Of a stretch of 20,000 nucleotides of DNA, positions 8,729 through 16,397 are shown in pieces. Made by a program: the position numbers and the translations under genes. Origin of the DNA: an uncultured virus (IMG/VR IMGVR_UViG_3300044731_002410) (lineage: Duplodnaviria; Heunggongvirae; Uroviricota; Caudoviricetes); the IMG/VR virus record IMGVR_UViG_3300044731_002410. The stretch is one strand, 5' to 3'. How positions within the stretch are numbered: the first letter of the stretch is position 1; the number at the start of each line of letters is the position of its first letter. Below the pieces are notes generated by a model. The model was not told where the DNA came from. It searched no databases and saw only the letters and a program-made list of their open reading frames with translations.

Positions 8729-9311
8729 AGACTCGAATGCCAAACATGCGCATGTGCATCTTCAATGCGTCAAAGCGTCGAGTGAAACTTACGCGGTGAA
8801 GACCCAAGGCGTCCTTTGCTGCACTTTTGCTTTGGTGTGTGAGAAGGTGCGCTGCAAGCTCGGAAAGCTCCGCAGGCAGTGATTGGCTTGCGCGCTCCCA
8901 GTCAAGACCAAGCGCAGTCAGGGCCTCATCGTCTTCCTGGTATGGGCACTGCGTGCCACCAAGCATTGCGCCATCATTGTTGGCTGCGACCCGATGATCA
9001 AAGGGAAGAAAGTGCATCTCATGCCGTCTGATCCCTTTGAGAAGCTCCCCAATGCTTTGACGGCAAATAATCTCCGCAAAGGTACGCGCCGATGCACGTG
9101 AGCAATCAAACTTGTGCTCTTGCACAAGCACTAAAACCACCATGTCTTGTTCTAAATCTTCGCAATCGGCAATACTGAGCGCATATTGCTTGCGAGCCAT
9201 TAAGGCATGAAAGCGCGCCGTTGCTTTGGCAGCTAGCGCATACTGAGGATCAGGTCTCACTTGGTCTGCGCACTTGGCAGTTTGCGTTGTGGGGGTCTGA
9301 GGGGTTGTCAT
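8724..9311 (-). CDS. ECF/sigma-70-like RNA polymerase sigma factor (phage-encoded)
   Basis: Region-2-like ADCEDLEQDMVV...FDCSRASARTFAEII and region-4-like SLPAELSELA...SKSAAKDALGLHRVSFTRR. Start uncertain (9311 or 9326; ORF open to 9458). Confidence 0.7.
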   Translation of the reverse strand: MTTPQTPTTQTAKCADQVRPDPQYALAAKATARFHALMARKQYALSIADCEDLEQDMVVLVLVQEHKFDCSRASARTFAEIICRQSIGELLKGIRRHEMHFLPFDHRVAANNDGAMLGGTQCPYQEDDEALTALGLDWERASQSLPAELSELAAHLLTHQSKSAAKDALGLHRVSFTRRFDALKMHMRMFGIRVS

Positions 9312-9374
9312 GGGCTTAAAGGGCATTTGTGAAAGATCAACAAAATTAGGTAAATACTTAATCTTTATGGGCTT

Positions 9375-9395
9375 AAAAAGGCACCCGCAGGTGCC
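9375..9395 (-). terminator. Putative intrinsic terminator after the immA-like gene
   Basis: Minus strand ggcacc-tgcg-ggtgcc followed by TTTTT, about 35 nt downstream of the stop at 9431. Confidence 0.55.
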
Positions 9396-9430
9396 GTTAT
9401 CTGAACTACAATTTTCTTTTGCTCTAAAAT

Positions 9431-10225
9431 CTAAATCGCCTTCGCGCTGCTTTCCCATAAGCCATAGCGGGCAAACCTCGTACGGATAAAGCTTGGGCTC
9501 ACACCAAAGATGAGCGATAAGTGACCGATCAAATCAAAGAAGTGCCCTTCAACGTCATGGCGCTCACAAACGATGTTTGGCTCACCGGCACCAGGGCCCT
9601 CAAGTAACATGTCTTCAAAGTCCAATCGAAAGCCGTGCTTAGGGGCAAGCTCTTCGATCATGTGCATTAAAAGATTGCGTGGGACTAGCAAGCACCCCAT
9701 GAATTGGTTGGCTCGCCACTCGGATCGCAACTCTGCATCGCTAAGCCCACTTAAGGACTTGGTGCACTCGCCCTCTGTAACGCGATAAGCCATAACAGGC
9801 TCGGCGCAACCCAAGGCTCGCTGCGCCTGGCGCGAGCCGATCAGCACTGGCCCATCAAAGACAGCGTGACCGAGCTCATGGGCAAAAGTTGAAAGCACGG
9901 TCTCTGGGGTGAAGGTTTCGTCAACGGGCGACACGCGCACATTGACTGCGTCTTCTTCAATCTCAGGGATGAACTCAAAGATCCCAGATACCTTCTCGCC
10001 TTGCGAATCAAAAAGCGTTCGGGACAGATCACTCCAAATCTCATAGCTAACACCATTGACGCAAAGCGCTTCGACGCGCGAAAGATCACGCACACTGAGT
10101 GCCACCCTGCCCTCTAAGCCCAGTTCAACGCGAAAGGCGTTGGCCACTTGCTCGATATCGCGATTGGTCGTGCGTGCAAACGGTGCAAGGTCTTGGTGCC
10201 GGTAGCTGATCGTTGCGGTAGTCAT
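9431..10225 (-). CDS. ImmA/IrrE-family metallopeptidase (anti-repressor)
   Basis: TFAHELGH (HExxH) and EWRANQFMGCLLVP. Adjacent to an XRE repressor. Confidence 0.88.
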   Translation of the reverse strand: MTTATISYRHQDLAPFARTTNRDIEQVANAFRVELGLEGRVALSVRDLSRVEALCVNGVSYEIWSDLSRTLFDSQGEKVSGIFEFIPEIEEDAVNVRVSPVDETFTPETVLSTFAHELGHAVFDGPVLIGSRQAQRALGCAEPVMAYRVTEGECTKSLSGLSDAELRSEWRANQFMGCLLVPRNLLMHMIEELAPKHGFRLDFEDMLLEGPGAGEPNIVCERHDVEGHFFDLIGHLSLIFGVSPSFIRTRFARYGLWESSAKAI

Positions 10226-10270
10226 GATGCTTTTGCGTCTACAGTAGGTTTACGTCTTTAGGTTTAAATC

Positions 10271-10618
10271 TCAGGCCTTATCTTTTCGGTGCTGCCGTCG
10301 GTAGTAGCGAATGACGGTTTCAAGTGTCTTGGGGTCAGCCATATCAGGTGGCAAACGGTTGGCTCTTATGAAGTAGTCATCGGCGTTCTCACCGAGCACT
10401 TGCGCAGCACGCTCAATCAGCTCACTCACCGGTGGCTTTTCTTTGTTCGTTTCGACGCACGACCAGTAAGCCGGGCTGACATCGATGCGTTTGGCGAAAT
10501 CCTTCAAGCTGATCTGCGCAGCAAGCCGCTTGGTACGCACGAAATCGCCAAAGCTGCCCTCATCTGCAAGCACTGCTTCGGTCAGCAATAATTTGGCGTT
10601 TGGTGAACGGTTAACCAT
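10271..10618 (-). CDS. XRE-family HTH repressor
   Basis: FGDFVRTKRLAAQISLKDFAKRIDVSPAYWSCVETNKEKPP. Confidence 0.85.
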   Translation of the reverse strand: MVNRSPNAKLLLTEAVLADEGSFGDFVRTKRLAAQISLKDFAKRIDVSPAYWSCVETNKEKPPVSELIERAAQVLGENADDYFIRANRLPPDMADPKTLETVIRYYRRQHRKDKA

Positions 10619-10749
10619 ACTGAGCCTCGTTCGGGCTAAAGGTTTACAAACAAGGCAAATGGGATAGAAAAACAGCGGAAAGATTCGTTACTGGTGATTT
10701 ATACAGTACTTCGTAAAACTCCGCAAGTTAGCTCTTACCGTTTGAGTAG

Positions 10750-10783
10750 CCTGAGTCAAATGGCAATCAAAACCCCTATATGT
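10750..10783 (+). promoter_or_regulatory. Bipartite promoter-like motif, copy A (CCTGAGTCA-N12-AACCCCTATATGT)
   Basis: cctgagtca-aatggcaatcaa-aacccctatatgt, about 30 nt upstream of the excisionase start. Confidence 0.75.
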
Positions 10784-10814
10784 GCTCTATCGGAACACTT
10801 TGTAGGGGCGCTAC

Positions 10815-11036
10815 ATGACCACAAACAACACCACATTCCTTGATCTCGATGAGCTACGTTGGCTAACAGGCTGGGCTCAAAAATCAAAGCAAATCGCGCA
10901 GCTACGACGCATGGGCATTCCCTTTCATGTGAATGGCCTTGGACTACCGATCGTCGCCCGGAGCGTCATTGAAGGCACACGCACAAAGAATCAAGAGCCC
11001 AATACACGCTGGAGGTCAGCAATCGATGGGACGTAG
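10815..11036 (+). CDS. Excisionase-like protein (DUF4224 type)
   Basis: FLDLDELRWLTGWAQKSKQIAQLRRMGIPFHVNGLGLPIVAR. Overlaps the integrase start. Confidence 0.8.
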   Translation: MTTNNTTFLDLDELRWLTGWAQKSKQIAQLRRMGIPFHVNGLGLPIVARSVIEGTRTKNQEPNTRWRSAIDGT

Positions 11037-12078
11037 CCGAACTAAAAACTTAAATCTCCCGATGCACATGAAGGCTCGGGAGCGCGCAAGCGGAACCTAT
11101 TACTACTACTGCATCGACGGTAAGGAGTATCCGCTCGGTAAAGACCTTGTTGAAGCGGTCATGCGATGGGCGGATCTCTCCAGCGGTAAGATTCCAGTGG
11201 AGTCCAAGTCGCATATCACCTTTCGTTACGTAGCCGAGCGTTATGCGCAGCAAGTCATTACTAAGAAACAATATCGCACTCAAAAAGATAACTTATATGA
11301 ACTTGAATACCTCTATAAGTTTTTTGATAATCCACCAGCGCCACTCGATCAGATTGAACCGCATCACATTGCGCGCTACCGTGACTGGCGTGTCGTAACA
11401 AGCAGCACCAAAGAGATTGCACTACTGAGTCATATTTGGAATTGGGCTCGCGAACAGGGCTTCACACGCATGCCAAACCCTTGCGTTGGCGTGCGTCGAA
11501 ATCGAAGTAAAGGCAGAAACGTATACATTACCGATGAGATGTTTGAGCGGGTCTATGCATGCGCAGATGAGCCCACCCGAGACGCTATGGATATTGCATA
11601 CCTTGCGGGTCAACGCCCTGCTGACTGCCTTCGATTTACTGAGCACCACATCAAAGATGGCGCCTTGTGGGTAACGCAGCGCAAGACCGGTACAAGACTT
11701 AGAATACAAATTGTTGGCAAACTCAAAGACGTCATTGATCGCATTATGGCCCGTAAACAAGCTATCGATCGTGGTGAGACAGGAACGATTCGCGGGCGGC
11801 GTAAAACACTTGTGAGAAGTCTTTCTTTGATCGTCAATGAGTACGGTCAAGCACTCAGTGCGGCTTCGCTTGATAACCGATTTGAGAAAGCGAGAATCGC
11901 CGCTGGCGTTGATCCAAAGGTCTTTCAGTTTAGAGATTTGAGAGCAAAGGCTGCTACAGATATTGAAGCACTTGAGGGGATGGAACGTGCGCAACGCCTC
12001 TTGGGTCATGCTGATGCATCCATGACAAAACTTTATGTACGCAATCGACTTGGTAAGCTTGTGATGCCTACCAAATAA
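11026..12078 (+). CDS. int: Tyrosine recombinase/integrase of element 1
   Basis: GQRPAD (R), QRKTG (K), FRDLRAKA, LLGH and TKLY (Y). ATG 11026 has GGAGG upstream. Confidence 0.93.
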   Translation: MGRSRTKNLNLPMHMKARERASGTYYYYCIDGKEYPLGKDLVEAVMRWADLSSGKIPVESKSHITFRYVAERYAQQVITKKQYRTQKDNLYELEYLYKFFDNPPAPLDQIEPHHIARYRDWRVVTSSTKEIALLSHIWNWAREQGFTRMPNPCVGVRRNRSKGRNVYITDEMFERVYACADEPTRDAMDIAYLAGQRPADCLRFTEHHIKDGALWVTQRKTGTRLRIQIVGKLKDVIDRIMARKQAIDRGETGTIRGRRKTLVRSLSLIVNEYGQALSAASLDNRFEKARIAAGVDPKVFQFRDLRAKAATDIEALEGMERAQRLLGHADASMTKLYVRNRLGKLVMPTK

Positions 12079-12153
12079 CAAAATATCGTGATATTGTTTG
12101 AAATATTGAGAAAAAGTTAAAAATAAGGGAAATTAAAGGAATTATATAACTCA

Positions 12154-12166
12154 CAACATCCTGATT
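12154..12166 (-). promoter_or_regulatory. IHF-like binding site in the left att arm
   Basis: Minus strand AATCAGGATGTTG fits WATCARN4TTR, in an AT-rich stretch beside the att core. Confidence 0.45.
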
Positions 12167-12186
12167 TATATATTTTTGATAGTGCC

Positions 12187-12231
12187 CTGTTAATCCGTAG
12201 GTCCCTGGTTCGAGCCCAGGTCGGGGAGCCA
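12187..12231 (+). tRNA. 3' half of tRNA-Asn(GTT); att-site duplication, not an intact gene
   Basis: CTGTTAA anticodon loop, T arm CCTGG-TTCGAGC-CCAGG and end GGGGAGCCA. Upstream bases (gtgcc) cannot pair with tccgt, and no D arm or 5' acceptor strand is present. Confidence 0.9.
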
Positions 12232-12235
12232 ATAA

Positions 12236-12248
12236 AATCAATGACTTA
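12236..12248 (+). promoter_or_regulatory. IHF consensus site in the right att arm
   Basis: AATCAATGACTTA matches WATCAAN4TTR. Confidence 0.55.
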
Positions 12249-12279
12249 CACGATTTTTTGTAGGTCTCTGAGTGCGGTC

Positions 12280-12355
12280 CTGTGTAATTTCTGTGTAATC
12301 GCGTCAGGACATGTAGAGAACTATCGGGAGCTTTGTGTAATTCCAGATTACACAA
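12280..12355. repeat. TGTGTAAT repeats; probable integrase arm-type sites
   Basis: ctgtgtaat at 12280 and 12291 (11-bp period), ttgtgtaat at 12333, and an inverted attacacaa at 12347. Confidence 0.65.
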
Positions 12356-12382
12356 AAACACTTCGGAAGCCCCGGTTCAAGT

Positions 12383-13642
12383 TTACGCAGCGTACTTTTG
12401 CTCGGGTTCTCTCGCGCTTCGATTGCGCTCCCCATCAGCTTCGTCAGACTCTCGATTAGCGCCACCACCGTACCGATCCGCAAGCTTTGACATGGCCGCT
12501 TGGATGTGCGCGCCGTTTTGATGGCTATACCGCTCGACCATCGACAAGTTCTTGTGGCCACTGATACGCTTAACTGTAGGCAAGTCCACGCCAGCCTGAA
12601 CCAGGTGCGTGATTGCGGTGTGACGTAATGTGTGTCGCAGCACTTGCTTGGGGTCTAAACCGGCTTCGATCACACAGCGCTTAAAAGGCTTATCAAGGTT
12701 TACCGTTCGCCCATCTTTTGCCCCATGCGACGCAAATAGCCATGGCGACTCATGCGAAAGCGATCCCATGTAAGTTTTCAAATACTCTCCGAGCCCGACC
12801 GTGATGGGCTGCTGGCGCGCGCCAGCCTTAGCCTTTGGAATATGGATGATTAAGCGCTCTAAATCGATATGCTCACGTTTGATGGTGAGGATTTCGGTCT
12901 TTCTCATGGACGTTTCCAGCGCTATCCGAATGAACGGATAAATCTGCCGGCTCTGATCCCTGCCTGCAGCCTCAAGCAAGGCCGCAACCTGTTCGACGGT
13001 CAGGTACATGATGCGGCCATTATCTTCGCGTAAGCGCTTGATGACCGCTGGCCGATGATCGATCCAACCCCACTCAATGCCCATGGTGAAAAGGTGCGAG
13101 AGTGCAGCAAGCTCGCGGTTAATCGTCGCAGGCTTGGTCTGACCCGAATAGATGGGTTTGCCTCCAGGTCCATTGGGGCGTTTAACCTTGGCAGTACTTC
13201 GAAAGGCTTTGTAGCGCTCAACATCATGGGTTGTAATTTTTGAGAGCGGCGTTGCCCCAAAAAACGGCACAAGGTGATCCCGGAATCGATAGGCCTTCAT
13301 CTGCCGATCCTTTCCGCCAGTTTCAGCCATCCGCTTTAGATATTCCTGCGCTGCTTCAGCCAAACTCATTGCTACTTTTCGCCCCGCAGGCAGGTTAAGA
13401 CGCTGCGCCTTGGCATCCTGGCGCAAGGTCTCGATGATTTCCTCAGCCTGCGTTCGCGTTGTCCCTTCAGACTCTCGCCCAACGATGCGATGAATCCGCT
13501 GCCGATCAACCATCACGTTGATCGAAAAGACGCCATCGCCTGAAGGCTCGCGAGTAAACGTGATGCCATGTTCAGTGATGGACTGGCCACGTTCGAGCTT
13601 TCGCATCTCATGACGAGATAACTTTAAAAATGATTTGCTCAT
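12383..13642 (-). CDS. int: Tyrosine recombinase/integrase of element 2
   Basis: TSMRKTEIL (R), KAKAG (K), HTLRH, SGHK and VERY (Y). AAGGAG 7 nt before ATG 13642. Confidence 0.93.
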   Translation of the reverse strand: MSKSFLKLSRHEMRKLERGQSITEHGITFTREPSGDGVFSINVMVDRQRIHRIVGRESEGTTRTQAEEIIETLRQDAKAQRLNLPAGRKVAMSLAEAAQEYLKRMAETGGKDRQMKAYRFRDHLVPFFGATPLSKITTHDVERYKAFRSTAKVKRPNGPGGKPIYSGQTKPATINRELAALSHLFTMGIEWGWIDHRPAVIKRLREDNGRIMYLTVEQVAALLEAAGRDQSRQIYPFIRIALETSMRKTEILTIKREHIDLERLIIHIPKAKAGARQQPITVGLGEYLKTYMGSLSHESPWLFASHGAKDGRTVNLDKPFKRCVIEAGLDPKQVLRHTLRHTAITHLVQAGVDLPTVKRISGHKNLSMVERYSHQNGAHIQAAMSKLADRYGGGANRESDEADGERNRSAREPEQKYAA

Positions 13643-13654
13643 GATCAATCTCCT

Positions 13655-14140
13655 TCAGTAGGGAATCTCACACCACTTTTGCATCGCACTATTGAGTGCC
13701 TGCCTTGCGTCGAGCTCACCTGCGGCCATCGCATTGATTTCGTTCCAACAGTTTCTGACAAGCGGGAAATTGACTTCGTTGTCTTTCAAAAATGTGATTC
13801 GCCATCCCTCTTCCGCCTCAAAGGAATGCTCCTCGATGATTCGCATGATGACCTGCTCTTCGTAGGTCAGAAGATCGGGGTAGTTTCTTGACAGGATCAC
13901 GAGTCGATCGGGGGGCTCCAGGGCCCACAGCCGCTGCGATTGTGAGAGCACGCTCTCTCCCATGCCAATTTTGGTTTCATCTAATGCTCTTTCCACTGCC
14001 CATTCGATGAAGTTTGCGAGCGATCGTCGCTGCTTTCGCGCCGCGATTTCGCTCAGATACTTCATACGCGGATCCATACGGAATGCGAAGACTTCCGTTC
14101 GGCTGCCCCCAGGCTTTGCCTTGCGTCTCGGTTCACTCAT
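13655..14140 (-). CDS. Putative ribbon-helix-helix-like regulator
   Basis: TEVFAFRMDPRMKYLSEIAARKQRRSLANFIEWAVERAL (strand-helix-helix pattern). AGAGGA upstream of ATG 14140/14143. Divergent from the AlpA-like gene. Confidence 0.65.
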   Translation of the reverse strand: MSEPRRKAKPGGSRTEVFAFRMDPRMKYLSEIAARKQRRSLANFIEWAVERALDETKIGMGESVLSQSQRLWALEPPDRLVILSRNYPDLLTYEEQVIMRIIEEHSFEAEEGWRITFLKDNEVNFPLVRNCWNEINAMAAGELDARQALNSAMQKWCEIPY

Positions 14141-14201
14141 CATGTCCTCTTTATCAAAACATCTGAAAACGTCGAGAAAATTCTCGCACATCGTCGATGT
14201 T

Positions 14202-14250
14202 TTGACAACAAGCATGCGTTCTCTTAACGTCAATACTATTCTCTTAACGT
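14202..14250 (+). promoter_or_regulatory. Sigma70-type promoter overlapped by direct-repeat operators
   Basis: TTGACA (14202)-N17-TAACGT (14225). ttctcttaacgt repeats at 14219 and 14239. Confidence 0.65.
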
Positions 14251-14266
14251 ATTGAGGTTGCTGGCG

Positions 14267-14638
14267 ATGGATCTGCAAATCACTATCCCCACCATTCAGA
14301 TGTATCCAGATGGACGCCTGGACGCGGCCAATGCGGCACGCTACGCAGGGCTGGCACCTAAGACCTTGGCGATGATGCGCTGCAGCGGCACAGGACCGAA
14401 GTTTGTAAAGCGCGGCCGCATCTTCTATTTCAAAGAAGACCTTGACCAGTGGCTCGGTGAGCATCGCACCGTGAGCACAGCTCAGGCGCAGCAAAGTAGG
14501 GCCTCAAAGGTAGCCGCCGTGTCGTGCAACCAACGGTCGAGAGTCAAACCCCAAACCCACACAACAGAGCAACTCCACGAAATTGCTCAGGCATACAAGA
14601 CCTCGATGCTTACTGCTGAACGTCGCCGTGAGCCGTAG
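14267..14638 (+). CDS. AlpA/excisionase-like HTH DNA-binding protein
   Basis: LDAANAARYAGLAPKTLAMMRCSGTGPKFVKRGRIFYFKEDLDQWL. GAGG upstream of ATG 14267. Confidence 0.82.
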   Translation: MDLQITIPTIQMYPDGRLDAANAARYAGLAPKTLAMMRCSGTGPKFVKRGRIFYFKEDLDQWLGEHRTVSTAQAQQSRASKVAAVSCNQRSRVKPQTHTTEQLHEIAQAYKTSMLTAERRREP

Positions 14639-14669
14639 GAAACCTTGTTCAGGCTGCTCGCCACACCTC

Positions 14670-14703
14670 CCTGAGTCAAATTGGTTCGTGAACCCGTATA
14701 TGT
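14670..14703 (+). promoter_or_regulatory. Bipartite promoter-like motif, copy C (CCTGAGTCA-N12-AACCCGTATATGT)
   Basis: cctgagtca-aattggttcgtg-aacccgtatatgt, intergenic and upstream of element 2's replication genes. Confidence 0.75.
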
Positions 14704-14745
14704 GCAGTACGAACCTGCGTTTTAACTGAACCTGGAGCTGCCACG

Positions 14746-14970
14746 ATGTGCAAAACGACCGGATGCTTTACTCAACAAACTTCAAGGATGCTGCCTGGCG
14801 CAATCGACGTCGACAGATATCAGCCCGATGCGCTACGTGAATCGGTACGCAAGCTTCACAGCGACCGATGGCCCCAATACATTGCCATAGCCCCCATCGA
14901 TGGATATCGACGGCACCTGCCGGCCACTGTACACGGCCAAAATTTCATTGCAGGGGGCGCTATGAACTAA
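14746..14970 (+). CDS. Small hypothetical protein
   Basis: 74-aa ORF with GGAG 8 nt upstream, first ORF after motif copy C. No family recognised. Confidence 0.4.
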   Translation: MCKTTGCFTQQTSRMLPGAIDVDRYQPDALRESVRKLHSDRWPQYIAIAPIDGYRRHLPATVHGQNFIAGGAMN

Positions 14971-15035
14971 CGATTTAACTTTTAAACCTGCCTCCCTACG
15001 CAACATCGTTTTCCACCCTCTCAAAAGGAACTCTC

Positions 15036-15686
15036 ATGACGGGATTTCAATCTTCCATAGCAAGTAGCCCGGCGCAACGACCTGCCATACCATCGGCAAA
15101 TACGTCGCAATTCAATCCTGAGCGCATCGACCCGATTGAGGTTCGTGCTGTGATTGCCTACCCATTTATTACGGAACCCGACCCCAATTCGGGAGGCAAA
15201 TATGGCGCTTTGTTCCTCATTACCGAAGCTGAAGACAAGGCTCAACTCGTGACGCTTCGCGATCAAGTTGCCGAGCACACGTTTCGATCACGCCAGCTAC
15301 CCGCTGGTGCACACGATCCGCTTCGCCGTGCCGATGAGCGCGCTCCAAATGGCGACTTTGCGTTCAGACACCCAGCCTTTCGCATCCCTGATGCAATGGT
15401 AATTAGGGCTAAATCAGGCTATCGACCTAACTGTGTCTGGGGTCCTCAAGAGGCACCGATTGAGCCCTCGGAAATTCATGGCGGCGATCATGTCGTCGTT
15501 GAAATTGCCGCTTATGGTTATAACAATCAGAGCCGTGGTGTGGGTTTGAGTTTGGGCCGTATCTGGCTCATTCGCCGAGGCGACATTCGGATCGAGCGGG
15601 GTGCCAACGCCGCTGCGAGCGTTCGACGTCTGGACCGCTCAAAGCTTCATTTTGGCGCAATGGATCACGAATCCGATGCAGCGTGA
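15036..15686 (+). CDS. ssDNA-binding protein, T7 gp2.5/DUF2815-like
   Basis: IAYPFITEP...KYGALFLI...DPLR..D...IRAKS..RP...EIHGG...AYGYNNQSRGVGLSL. AAGGA RBS. Confidence 0.78.
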   Translation: MTGFQSSIASSPAQRPAIPSANTSQFNPERIDPIEVRAVIAYPFITEPDPNSGGKYGALFLITEAEDKAQLVTLRDQVAEHTFRSRQLPAGAHDPLRRADERAPNGDFAFRHPAFRIPDAMVIRAKSGYRPNCVWGPQEAPIEPSEIHGGDHVVVEIAAYGYNNQSRGVGLSLGRIWLIRRGDIRIERGANAAASVRRLDRSKLHFGAMDHESDAA

Positions 15687-15717
15687 TGGTAAGGGTCCCT
15701 CGATGGCCCTTGCCATC
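15685..15717 (+). other. Stem-loop after the SSB gene (mRNA-stabilising or attenuating hairpin)
   Basis: gatggtaagggtc ... ggcccttgccatc forms a 13-bp stem with two G-U pairs. No U tract follows. Confidence 0.45.
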
Positions 15718-15824
15718 GGGGGATCTTTCGCCCTAGCCACTGACTCATCTCGATACCTAACTGGCATGCTCAGCTATTGATTTGGCTTACTCAGCTATCG
15801 ATTCGCCACTTTTTATAACCTATC

Positions 15825-16397
15825 ATGACCTCTGAACTGCAAGCCAGAAGCTGCCGCACAAAGCTCCGCTCCTGGCAAGAATACGCAGCGGCAAGGCTTC
15901 TGATACATCCCTATTTGCTTTTAGGTGCTCAGCCAGGTGCAGGCAAAACCATCACGACCCTGACTGCACTTGCCGATGCGCCAAAGCGCACCTTACTCGT
16001 TGCGCCTGAGGTGATTCTCGATACCGTGTGGTCGCAAGAAGCTGCGCGCTGGCAGCACACGGCCCATTTGCACTTTGCGATGGCGCACACCCTTAGCGGC
16101 CACAAACGCGAGGCGACTTGGTTTTCCAAGATGGGTGATCTCGTAACTTGTACGCCAGACACCTTGGTTCGATTTCTTGAATCGGTCTCTAAACACGAAC
16201 GACTTCCTGTGGCAAGGCTTGTGATTGATGAGTCGCAGCTCTTTAAAAACCCTGCTGCCACCCGCACGCAGGCTTTGCTTGCGCTCTCAGAGCACCTTCC
16301 CACCTGGCTCTTATCAGGCACACCCACACCGAACGGTGTACTTGATGCCTGGGCACCAGGCTATCTCTTATCCCAAGGAGAAGCGTTTTGGCACTAA
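15825..16397 (+). CDS. SNF2-family helicase, N-terminal ATPase part
   Basis: Walker A PGAGKT, LLVAP, Walker B LVIDES and motif III LSGTP. Ends prematurely at TAA 16397. Confidence 0.8.
   Translation: MTSELQARSCRTKLRSWQEYAAARLLIHPYLLLGAQPGAGKTITTLTALADAPKRTLLVAPEVILDTVWSQEAARWQHTAHLHFAMAHTLSGHKREATWFSKMGDLVTCTPDTLVRFLESVSKHERLPVARLVIDESQLFKNPAATRTQALLALSEHLPTWLLSGTPTPNGVLDAWAPGYLLSQGEAFWH

Larger units (their letters stand above)
1..12231. mobile_element. Prophage-like element 1 (integration, immunity and replication region); left end outside the window
   Basis: Integrase plus excisionase next to a tRNA-Asn 3' fragment, XRE repressor/ImmA pair, and a phage-type replication/recombination operon. 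No structural genes are visible in the window. Confidence 0.85.

Noticed and set aside
10245..10648. aggttta repeats near 10246, 10260 and 10640 as repressor operators
   Set aside because: Too short to distinguish from chance.
10933..11025. Upstream start of integrase 1
   Set aside because: It lies within the excisionase gene. ATG 11026 has GGAGG and gives a typical MGR.R N-terminus.
11422..12081. 219-aa antisense ORF and the many other short overlapping ORFs in the track
   Set aside because: They are shadows of well-supported genes on the other strand or frame, with no recognisable motifs.
12155..12231. Intact tRNA-Asn gene
   Set aside because: The 5' half is missing. The upstream sequence is AT-rich and cannot form acceptor, D or anticodon stems.
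14144..14494. Long N-terminal extension of the 13655..14494 ORF
   Set aside because: It runs antisense through the AlpA-like gene and its promoter. A good RBS supports a start at 14140/14143.
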